A stretch of DNA of 37,084 nucleotides from a virus (taxonomy: Duplodnaviria; Caudoviricetes): positions 1 through 37,084 of the IMG/VR virus record IMGVR_UViG_3300027719_000263; one strand, given 5' to 3'. Position numbers and translations under genes: made by a program. Each line of letters begins with the position of its first letter. Position 1 is the stretch's first letter. This document shows positions 9,101 to 17,026 of this stretch, piece after piece. The notes below the pieces were generated by a model. That model had not been told where the DNA came from and did no database searches. It saw nothing but the letters and a program-made list of their open reading frames with translations.

Positions 9101-12100
9101 TAGCGCGTGGCGCACAACGGCGTCTATTATTTTTGAGCGCTGAAAACTGCGTTCCTCGCTTATTGCAATGCGCTCAATTTCAGAGCCCGAAAACTGTTTG
9201 CCCGCATTTCCCTTCGCCATGCGGTATGCAATAGCCTCCGCGCGGTTGACAATCCACTCCACGTCTTCGTCAAGAAATCCCATATCCTGCATATACGCCC
9301 ATTCGCGCTGCTCCTGAGTGATTTTTATGCCGTCAGCCTCGCCCGTTGCGGGGTTAAAATTATTGCCCGCCTCTTCATAAATCTTTTTAGCAAGCGCTAT
9401 TGACGCAAGCCTGCGCCTCTTATCAAGATTCGTGTCGGCTACCGAAAAGAGATTTTGCCCTTGACTTTCGGAAGAATTTTCTGATTTTCCTTTATTACCG
9501 AATGAGTTGTCAGATGCAGGAGCGTTCGATTCATGAGGTGGAGTAGAGGAATCCTGCAATCCTCTTTGCTCTTCCGGGTAAACCCTTGCATATTCTGCAA
9601 GGGTTTGCTTCTTTAAGAAAGGACTTACTTCCTTTACGATGCTGTCTTCGTTTGAAGAATCCCAAAGGGGATATTGACTCGTGAAGACATAAGTGTCCCC
9701 AATGGCCCCGTCGGGAGTTACCATTACCTTATGAACTTTGCCGTTTTCATATTTGCGGACAAATCCTATTTCAACGCCCTCATCTTCAACTCTAAGCTGT
9801 CCCTTAAATACGGTGTCGAAAATATTCACGAACATCAAGGCGCGGTCTTCTCGAAAAACTCTTTGCCCTGTTTTCTTATCCAAATCGCTTACTGCATGCC
9901 AAACACGCCGTTCAAGGCCGTCCGTGAATGATGAGCCATAAGATTTATTTTCTTCGTTCAAAAAGTTGATTTTAGTTTTCCCGTCAAAAGCATCCAGTCC
10001 CTGCGCATATTTTTGTGAACGTAACCAAGCCGCAAGTTTCTTGACGGTATCTTCTGGCGTCTTACCCATTACAGCCTTCCTAGCCTTTCCCCATGCGGGC
10101 AAAAATCTTTTTATTGAAACAAGCTTCTGCCCCTTGCCCGCGTTTTTCAGGAACTGTTTATATTTGGGGTCTTTTTTAGCCCCCTCACTTACCCCTTTTA
10201 CGCTGAAGCGTATATCGGGGTTTCCTGCGTCAAACGTCCCTACGTTGTCGGTTGCGGATTTAATTTGGGTAGGGGAGAAAGCCACAGACGTATAAGAACC
10301 ATCTGCCCCTTCTACAATAATGCCATCGTTAGCATATTTTTTGGCATCTTCAAACAATTCACGGGCATGGTCGTCAAAATATGCTGTTGCGCTATCGTTC
10401 GCCTCAAAAGACTCCTCTCCCTTGCCTTCCCATCGTTCAAGCGGATGCCCAGCCTCAATCGCCTCTTCCATGCTACCATCATATTCCCAAAGGATATCAT
10501 CTATTTCAGACTGGACATCTACAGTTTTAGGATTTCGTATATTTAAAAATACAGGCATAAGAGGAAGATGCTTGCTATAAAGTTCCGCCACGTCTTCGCC
10601 CGCAAAAAAGAATACGTCTTCGCCGCGTAAATAACTGCCCTGACTTGAAGAACCATCCTTTTTAAACGTCCAAAACTCCTCATCCGCACTCGTCCCATGA
10701 TAAACCACCTTCGGCTCGCCGTTTTTATCCACAATCTTTGAAGCATTTTCAGGGGCTTTTTCCCAATCGCCAAACCATTTCCTAAAGCTAGGCGTGCGCA
10801 CCTGCAACCATTGACGCTCGGTAAGCTTCGTAGGCTGTCCGTTCGGCGCTTTCATCCATTGCGGCGTGCCTTCATACTGCGCGCGGATTGTGTCGATTTC
10901 TGCGGTGATTTTTTTATCTGCTACGCTAAAGCGCGTGTTTGCCTTTTTGAAAAGCGCGTTTGCAAAAGCGTCTAAAAAGTCTGCACTTCCTTCAAAATTA
11001 AGCCCATGCTCTTCGCGCAAAATATTGGCGGTTTCGTCTATGTCCGCATAGTTTTTGGAAAAATATTTCTGCTGCTGCGCAAAGCTCAATGAATTATAAA
11101 GGTCATTAATTTCACCAAAAAGATAACCTGAAAGCGGCAAGCCTTTTTTTGCGGAGTCTTCTTTTATGGCTTTCGGCGTAGGCAGTTTCAAGCCGCCATC
11201 CGCCATGGCTTCCAAAACACCGCCTTCATTCGACGCATTGTTTTCGCGTTCTATGCGCTTTGTCAAAGGCTCTCCTGCCCAGGGCGCTCCATTCATTGCC
11301 GCATACTCTAAATCAGAGTCAGAAAGCAAATCGGCATCCACGCTCTCCATTGCCTCAAGTTTGTTTGAAACATCTTCGTCCGGAATAGAATCGAGATGTT
11401 TTCTGATTTCCAACTTTTCCTCGGCCAAGGCCTTTTCTTCGGGTGAGAGTTTTTTGCTTTCAATTTTTCGACTTTGGATTTTCCCGATAAAGCTTTTCTT
11501 TGCGCGCTCGCGGTTTGCAGTCCAAGACGTGTCCGCTTCTTCCACGGAAGATTCTTCAATGCTGCTTTCTGCCGCAAATGGGTCTTCGGCGTCTTCCATA
11601 AACTTTCGTTCCCAAATTGAGCGGATGATATTTGCAACATATGCATCGCCGCGCGCCTTGTCCTTTGGAATGCCGCTTAACAGTTCCAAAAAGAAGTCGT
11701 ATACCTTATCCCAAGCCCCGCGCTCTTCTTCGGTAAGCTCATTTTTTGCCGCAACCTTTTCGGCAAGTATGCACATATATTCCTCGGCAAGCTCCATATC
11801 GCCAAGCTTATCATACGCGTCGCCCTTAGTCTGACGCAAAGCTTCGCGTAAAATTTCTGCGCCTCCGCGTGAATTAAGCAGATTCCCCAAGAAGGTCTGA
11901 AATTCCTTTGTCTTACGTATGCCGTCCGCCCCTTTATGCCCCGTTTCATGCTTGAGAATTTCCAAGGTGCGCTGCGGAGTTATGGCCTTGTTCCCGACTA
12001 TGTAGACCTTCCCTTGATGCGTAAAACCCTCGGCTCCGCCATTCCCAAACAAAAACTCCTCTATATATTGCGCATCTTTGCCTTGGGCGCGCAGGTCTTT

Positions 12101-14479
12101 ACGCGCACTTTCAATAACTTCAGGCGCGGCATCCTCCATGCTCTCAAGATAAACCGCATCTGACTCTAACCCGTAAGCCTTAATAAAGTCTTGTATATAT
12201 GCGCGGTTTGACGCATGGTCGGCCTCAGGCGCGGGCAACATTTTAACCGTCTGAATCTGTTCGTCTATTGAAACGCTTTCTGAAATTTGCGCATCGCTTT
12301 TTGAAATTTCCGCCTTGGCGGCGGCAACGAGAGACTCTCCAGCCTTGGCAAAATCTTCGCTTGCGCTTTCCAAAGCCTTCCTTACCTTGCCGCGTTCCTT
12401 AAAGCTCGGCGCAACTCTTGAAAGTATTGCCCCGCGCTCATCGTCTGTCATGGCGTTCATGTATTGCAGAGCAACTTCAGGTGTAAGTTCTGGAGCGTCA
12501 GATTCGCGCAATTTTTTAAAGGCCTCCTCCGTTTGCAGCGCCGCGTTAAAATCGTGCATGGCTTTTTCGTCTGAGCCGATTTTTTCGGCCGTTGCAAAGG
12601 TTTTGGCCGCGCGTCCAAAGCCCGTCCCCGCACCGATATTACTGGCTGTGAAAATAGGGATTATCAAATCTTTTGACTGCTCAAACAAGGTCTGCGCAAC
12701 CTCTCCGAATTCCTTATACTCAACGTCAGACAATCCTGCCGACAGATACATTCCCATTTCCTGCACGACATTTTGCAAGTTTTCTACCAAGAATTCTTCG
12801 CCAAACACCTTTCCGCGCCTGATTACGCCCTGTTTAAGATGCTCCAACATCACGGCCTTCATATATTCCGTTTTCTTGCCCATCAGCTCGATGATTTTCT
12901 CGCCGAGGAACGGATTCTTTTGGCTTATTGAAAACTGAATCTTTTCAAGGAAGGAATTTGTAACGCCGACACCGATGCCGAACATAAAGCTTTGTTCGTC
13001 GTCAAATCCCGCCTTCTGCGCCGCGTCTTGCGCGTCGACGCTCATTACTGCGGCAAAATATGGCATCACGGCCTTGGTCATATTACTGCCGTAATATGCC
13101 GCATTGCTCAGAATGTCTGCGCTTGCGGAGAGTTTTTGCGCTTTTGACGCAACCTTTGCGGTAGTCGCGGCTCCGCGCACAAATGCCCCCGCCCCGCCCG
13201 TAAGAGATGTGAACGCAATAAACTGCCCGAATTGGACACCGACGGAAACTCCGTTAATTATCCCATCCATCACATAACCCTGAGATTCGTATTTAGTCGC
13301 CGTTGCCGTTTGTATTTCCTCAAAACGCTTGCGCGTTTCAAGCATGCCTGCGCCCATATCATAAATGCGCTTGCCATAGTCTCTCAAGTTTTTGTCGCCC
13401 TGCTGCACGTTATTTGCACTGGGTAGCACAAATCTGTTAAATCCCAAAAACGCCCCGCCTTCGGGAACAAAAAACTTAGAGCGGAATGCGTCCTTTTTCT
13501 TTTCGTCAGACATAATGGCGTCTATGCCGCCCTCTCTGTCTATGTATTGCTTCAGGTCTACAGCGTCAGTCTCAAGCCACTTGTATCCGTTCTTAAAAAA
13601 CTGTGGAATGTCCTTGCTCCAAGAATCTATGAGCTCGTCCTTGACCAGATTCCACATATTGACTTCGGGATTGAAGTTATAGGCCATGCGATAAACGCGC
13701 CACCTGTCATCTTCAGACAGTTCCTGAAGCGCGGGTATATACGCCTTGCGCGCTTCGTCGCTTTGCGTCATTGAAAGGCTTAACGCCATGCGGGCAAATT
13801 TATTGTCGCCTTCAAGCATAGCGCCCCAGAATTTCCTATACTTTGTGCTGCCCGCGTATTCTGCGCTCCACGTTGCATATTCGTCATCAGACATATCGCG
13901 CACATTGCGCACGCGACGCGTTTGCGCCATACCGCCGAGGTAGCGATTTGCGGCGTATTGCCCGCCCGCATCTTCCTCGCTCCACTCTACGCGCTCTTCT
14001 TCATGCATCTTAGAGATAAACTTACGCTTTTCCGCATCGTCGAGCTTTTCAAAAGATTTAAGCTCCGTGTCGCCGTCTTCGATAAAGGGCTTATAATTGT
14101 CCCTAAAATACTGAAGCGCCTCCTTTGCGTTTCGGCCTCCGCAATGAATTTGCAAACTTTCGTCCAAACTTTCATCGGGACGCGAAAGATTAAGCAAGTC
14201 AAGCCACCCGATAAGCTCTGCGGTCTCATTGCCAGTTTGGACGGCCTCGGAGATTTTACCGACCTTGTATTGAGTCCGCAGCCCCGCCCGTATTGCGTCC
14301 CTGTTTAAAACATACTCGGCCACACCCCTTTGCTCAGGGCTTGCTTCTTCGCCCATAGCAAGAACATCCTGCTGCTCTTTTATAATCTTCGCATCGGTAT
14401 TTTCGGCATTAAAAGCCCAGTCGAATTTATCGAAGGGCTTTGCTGATGAAACTTGAAAATCATTCTGATATTTTTGCAT
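6122..14479 (-). CDS. Giant internal virion/ejection protein (T7 gp16 position), polyvalent protein with zincin, ADP-ribosyltransferase-like and nuclease-like domains
   Basis: 2785 aa, third ejection gene; HETGH...EE zincin motif; APNG..L.ERQW.QVRTP.F..WFGDW...VVYHGT...QIKSATDNVGTFD ART-PolyVal-like pattern; hydrophobic helical C-terminus typical of these proteins. Confidence 0.85.
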   Translation of the reverse strand: MQKYQNDFQVSSAKPFDKFDWAFNAENTDAKIIKEQQDVLAMGEEASPEQRGVAEYVLNRDAIRAGLRTQYKVGKISEAVQTGNETAELIGWLDLLNLSRPDESLDESLQIHCGGRNAKEALQYFRDNYKPFIEDGDTELKSFEKLDDAEKRKFISKMHEEERVEWSEEDAGGQYAANRYLGGMAQTRRVRNVRDMSDDEYATWSAEYAGSTKYRKFWGAMLEGDNKFARMALSLSMTQSDEARKAYIPALQELSEDDRWRVYRMAYNFNPEVNMWNLVKDELIDSWSKDIPQFFKNGYKWLETDAVDLKQYIDREGGIDAIMSDEKKKDAFRSKFFVPEGGAFLGFNRFVLPSANNVQQGDKNLRDYGKRIYDMGAGMLETRKRFEEIQTATATKYESQGYVMDGIINGVSVGVQFGQFIAFTSLTGGAGAFVRGAATTAKVASKAQKLSASADILSNAAYYGSNMTKAVMPYFAAVMSVDAQDAAQKAGFDDEQSFMFGIGVGVTNSFLEKIQFSISQKNPFLGEKIIELMGKKTEYMKAVMLEHLKQGVIRRGKVFGEEFLVENLQNVVQEMGMYLSAGLSDVEYKEFGEVAQTLFEQSKDLIIPIFTASNIGAGTGFGRAAKTFATAEKIGSDEKAMHDFNAALQTEEAFKKLRESDAPELTPEVALQYMNAMTDDERGAILSRVAPSFKERGKVRKALESASEDFAKAGESLVAAAKAEISKSDAQISESVSIDEQIQTVKMLPAPEADHASNRAYIQDFIKAYGLESDAVYLESMEDAAPEVIESARKDLRAQGKDAQYIEEFLFGNGGAEGFTHQGKVYIVGNKAITPQRTLEILKHETGHKGADGIRKTKEFQTFLGNLLNSRGGAEILREALRQTKGDAYDKLGDMELAEEYMCILAEKVAAKNELTEEERGAWDKVYDFFLELLSGIPKDKARGDAYVANIIRSIWERKFMEDAEDPFAAESSIEESSVEEADTSWTANRERAKKSFIGKIQSRKIESKKLSPEEKALAEEKLEIRKHLDSIPDEDVSNKLEAMESVDADLLSDSDLEYAAMNGAPWAGEPLTKRIERENNASNEGGVLEAMADGGLKLPTPKAIKEDSAKKGLPLSGYLFGEINDLYNSLSFAQQQKYFSKNYADIDETANILREEHGLNFEGSADFLDAFANALFKKANTRFSVADKKITAEIDTIRAQYEGTPQWMKAPNGQPTKLTERQWLQVRTPSFRKWFGDWEKAPENASKIVDKNGEPKVVYHGTSADEEFWTFKKDGSSSQGSYLRGEDVFFFAGEDVAELYSKHLPLMPVFLNIRNPKTVDVQSEIDDILWEYDGSMEEAIEAGHPLERWEGKGEESFEANDSATAYFDDHARELFEDAKKYANDGIIVEGADGSYTSVAFSPTQIKSATDNVGTFDAGNPDIRFSVKGVSEGAKKDPKYKQFLKNAGKGQKLVSIKRFLPAWGKARKAVMGKTPEDTVKKLAAWLRSQKYAQGLDAFDGKTKINFLNEENKSYGSSFTDGLERRVWHAVSDLDKKTGQRVFREDRALMFVNIFDTVFKGQLRVEDEGVEIGFVRKYENGKVHKVMVTPDGAIGDTYVFTSQYPLWDSSNEDSIVKEVSPFLKKQTLAEYARVYPEEQRGLQDSSTPPHESNAPASDNSFGNKGKSENSSESQGQNLFSVADTNLDKRRRLASIALAKKIYEEAGNNFNPATGEADGIKITQEQREWAYMQDMGFLDEDVEWIVNRAEAIAYRMAKGNAGKQFSGSEIERIAISEERSFQRSKIIDAVVRHALKQQMEALRIKQRIEKLEASTDGFFTDEMLAQGVEIDSVIFNALEDGFVPENIDAEISKAANMVDVWAEENGVDQKSAEYIARLTKTLANGLRAAAEELPYGRERESAMKHIDALLEMRQRPAIEKRAAELGRKLAEYYAKNVEALSKEEEAAFAKEMAAAEKLAKEKLKTEEVKQKMRELKAEHRRKRLLAEVERRLSKFNKKPDRVHSTQLKVPALAKWFLAAGKGFIDMLPDEVSLKMEELGNRSFDFANDAAYNRLEMMALSQFGGLRYAEAARLAETLQFIKDFLADKKQAQLQKILDFQAEALEASEGLAAGLNNRPRTKGAAGSIIAQSAKEGSSVLRHTLENLFLVKGKEGAQQDATAAMVNAFATEISRASIKERDFTSADDIWLHETGVKLYGSESRLSHELLEPRKEYEKYSLHGEPLAKANIIAIVAMLEQGNLQQAYRIMRAEQYSSETDKPKISESIGRDLWRRFGLLKDMKAELSETDLAMLEEVKGRFRGRFPAISNAAANYSGAPLRSEDVSYFPVIRKGELTAKRPNGSVSKIPGYFTPRVISFKDIDETADIFSVFRKRSAEDAHFLAFGDLPLRMDAITKAKPMQDALRERLTKIQGEELLNFIDQSINGKLNFATSAEAKIVGGLATTMAFSGLGWNPISAVKQLTGAAAFGLEVGAFQNVKDIMWTVGTPEGRRAFVELFNSDSMRARRGGGINPGLEHAMREFSEGKYGNGFSAFKRFIAKTRPFAMTAGMDSIASSLGGAGIYMRFLEKHSLMHDLDKARELAMLDTMEIVERTQQSSLTLNQSSFLRNHGFLGRAIMQFKSNPQLFWSYEMNALRAWKSDMGNGSKFRRLVNILALNHFIMPAIFNGLGAALSILMGDDWDEEDLTLFAVSTFTDVLSGWWLGGILKGIGGVAAGINGRDLTSEVLPAASLARIGSQFGLILRDFTRGEFSENFEKRFKNLGKSVFAPARYAIKIYDNATDNEEGVLW

Positions 14480-14484
14480 GGCTG

Positions 14485-16497
14485 CTATTCTTTGGTTTCG
14501 TTAGGCTGATTTTGCGCTCCGCGCATTTTTTGATATTGCGCCTCAAGATTTCCAAATACGGAAAATGTGTCGTTCATTTTGGGCGCTTTCTTGATAATTT
14601 CGGATTGATGGGCAAAAGAAGTATCAAACTGTGCCGCATCGTTGACGGAAGAAAGCATCGCAAGTTTTGCGCGGACTGTTGCCACATAGGGGTCTTTCTT
14701 CATCCAATCGGCGGCCTCTTTTATGTCGTCAAAGCCCGCCGTCATTACCCGCTTTTCAAAGGCGAGAGAGATTTCTCCCCAAATCTGCTGTTGATACGCA
14801 GAAAGCTTTTCGGGTTTTCGCCCTACGGCACCTTCCAACATGGGCTTTGAAATTGCCCGCACGTCGGAGATTTTAATGTTTGCATCGGGATAAATGCCCA
14901 TTTTTTGCGCCAATTCGCGGCGCAGACGCCCCTGTGCTTCAGGGTCATAAATCAAATGCCCCGATATCTTGCGCTTTTCAGAAAGAGAAGCGGATTCCGA
15001 CTTGGACGATTCTTTCGCAGAACCCTTCCATTCGGGATTGGCTTCTTCTATTGAAGTCGGTATGCCCATGTAGCCGGGGACGCTTTTTTTAATATATTGT
15101 GCCGCACCGCCCGATAAATCTTCAACGTCGGCAACATCTGTAAAGCTCGCCTCAAGTTGCATCATAAGGGCGCGTGCATAGGCGCCGTCATCCAGTTTTG
15201 GGTCATAGTTTGCTATGGCGTCTTCAAGCTTTGCGATATGAGCGCGCTTTTTTTCTGTAATGCTTGCAAGAATTTTCCCTTTCTCGTTTTTTGAATCGAC
15301 TGAGAATTCTTCATTGAGCGCATTTTTAAATACTTTAATTCCGCCCAATTCCGCATCAGATAAATCAATATCTTTCCCGAGTAATCTCGCTTCCAAGACT
15401 TCTCCCGTTCTTGTATCAAATGCATCTTTAACGGCCTTTTTCTGCGCCTCCTGCATCTTTTCATCAAAAGCCCTTACCGCAAGAAAGCGTTTTTGAACAT
15501 ACTCCCTTGCCTCGATGCGCCCAAGGTCATCCAGATACGGGCTTTCATTTATGAATTTTTCAAGATTTTTTTGCCTTAGCTCAAACTCCTTATCTTTTGA
15601 CTCAAGCAACCTTTCCGTCCGTATTTTCACGCTATCCTGCACTTTTTGTTTTATGAGGATTTCTTTTTTATCCCCAAGTCCTTTATAGGCCTGCAAATAC
15701 TTTCGCACATCTTTGTCGCTTAGATATTCTCCGCCGGCCAATACAGACCTGTCTTCAAGCGCAGCTTCATAACGCTTTACTCTTTCCGCTATCGCCGTCT
15801 TTCTATCCGCATCATTAAACATCTCGGCCGTCGCCGTCATTTCAGATTCAACATTTGTCATTACGGCAGCCCTTAAGAATGGGGCAGTTGCCGCATCCAC
15901 CAATTCGGGAGAAAAATTCCCCTTCATTGTTTCGCTCCACTTTAAAACATTTTCAACATTCCCGTCTTCTGCAGAGCGACGCATTCCCTCCTCCGCCAAA
16001 GTTCGCGTCTTGTGAACTATATGTTTGGCCATTGCTCCGCCCAAAGATGCGAAGTTATGTGCATCCGCGTCCTTTGATTGCAAAACGAGGGCTTCGCGCA
16101 CAAAGTCCGCAGACACATTGCCGTCGCACCACTTTTGGAATTTTTCATTGTTTGAAAAACGCACCTTTTCTGACGCCTCTTTAAACTTTGCGGCTCCGTC
16201 TTTGCCGTCGAATTTTCCGCTTTCAATGTCGGCCAAAAGCTTTTGTTTATTGGACTCTTGTATCTCATAATATGCAGTCTGCCCCGCAAGATTTTCCTGC
16301 CTGTTGCGGGTTTCGGACATATTCATGGTCACGCCGTAAAGCGTGTCCGAAACCTGCCGCATTCCGCGCGCAAGCTTGTCATCAGCCCTCTCCATTGCCG
16401 AAAGGCCTGCGCCCTGTGCGCCCACATAATCTCGCTGCCCTGAGGGCATGGCAAAAGGCTTTGCGCCCACATTTTGTTTAAGGTCTATTTTGGCCAT
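14485..16497 (-). CDS. Internal virion/ejection protein (T7 gp15 position)
   Basis: All-helical charged 670-aa protein; start reassigned to MAKID at 16497; lies between the gp14-like and giant genes. Confidence 0.7.
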   Translation of the reverse strand: MAKIDLKQNVGAKPFAMPSGQRDYVGAQGAGLSAMERADDKLARGMRQVSDTLYGVTMNMSETRNRQENLAGQTAYYEIQESNKQKLLADIESGKFDGKDGAAKFKEASEKVRFSNNEKFQKWCDGNVSADFVREALVLQSKDADAHNFASLGGAMAKHIVHKTRTLAEEGMRRSAEDGNVENVLKWSETMKGNFSPELVDAATAPFLRAAVMTNVESEMTATAEMFNDADRKTAIAERVKRYEAALEDRSVLAGGEYLSDKDVRKYLQAYKGLGDKKEILIKQKVQDSVKIRTERLLESKDKEFELRQKNLEKFINESPYLDDLGRIEAREYVQKRFLAVRAFDEKMQEAQKKAVKDAFDTRTGEVLEARLLGKDIDLSDAELGGIKVFKNALNEEFSVDSKNEKGKILASITEKKRAHIAKLEDAIANYDPKLDDGAYARALMMQLEASFTDVADVEDLSGGAAQYIKKSVPGYMGIPTSIEEANPEWKGSAKESSKSESASLSEKRKISGHLIYDPEAQGRLRRELAQKMGIYPDANIKISDVRAISKPMLEGAVGRKPEKLSAYQQQIWGEISLAFEKRVMTAGFDDIKEAADWMKKDPYVATVRAKLAMLSSVNDAAQFDTSFAHQSEIIKKAPKMNDTFSVFGNLEAQYQKMRGAQNQPNETKE

Positions 16498-16510
16498 GTA
16501 AATTATCTTT

Positions 16511-17026
16511 CTATTTATTATTAAATGCGCCATCCTTGTTAAGAGAATAGCCCTTCCATCCCAAATCTGCAGAACCGCCCAAGCCTGAGCCTATGCCGCT
16601 AATAACGCCGCTTTTGCTCGTCAAATTTGCTCCGGCAATGCCGAATTTTTCCGCGTTATAGGCATCGGTCAAGAGCAACTGTCGCTTTTGCCCGCTTGCG
16701 GATTCCATCATGGAAGTTTCAAGCTCTTGTTCCTCCGTCATAGTTTCAAGGGCGAGCGTAGGTGTGCCCTGCAAGGTCACCCCGCTTGCGGCATATTGAG
16801 TTTCTGCGGCCGCCAAACGGCGCGCATTTTGCCTGCGCTCAAGCATAGACCTTTGCAGCTGGTCTTGCTCTTCCTGATCTGCTTGTTGGCGCAGACTTGC
16901 GGCCTGAGCCTTCGCCTGCGCCTCTTGCATTTCCGCCTGAGCCCTTGCCGTCTGAATAGACGACGCCACGCCGTAAGCCGTGCTTGCGGCCGCAATTACG
17001 AGACTGATTATTCCGAGTGCAAACAT
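16511..17026 (-). CDS. Internal virion protein B (T7 gp14-like)
   Basis: Hydrophobic N-terminus, Q/A-rich coil, AASGVTLQGTP motif, Gly-rich C-terminus; directly follows the nozzle. Confidence 0.8.
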   Translation of the reverse strand: MFALGIISLVIAAASTAYGVASSIQTARAQAEMQEAQAKAQAASLRQQADQEEQDQLQRSMLERRQNARRLAAAETQYAASGVTLQGTPTLALETMTEEQELETSMMESASGQKRQLLLTDAYNAEKFGIAGANLTSKSGVISGIGSGLGGSADLGWKGYSLNKDGAFNNK

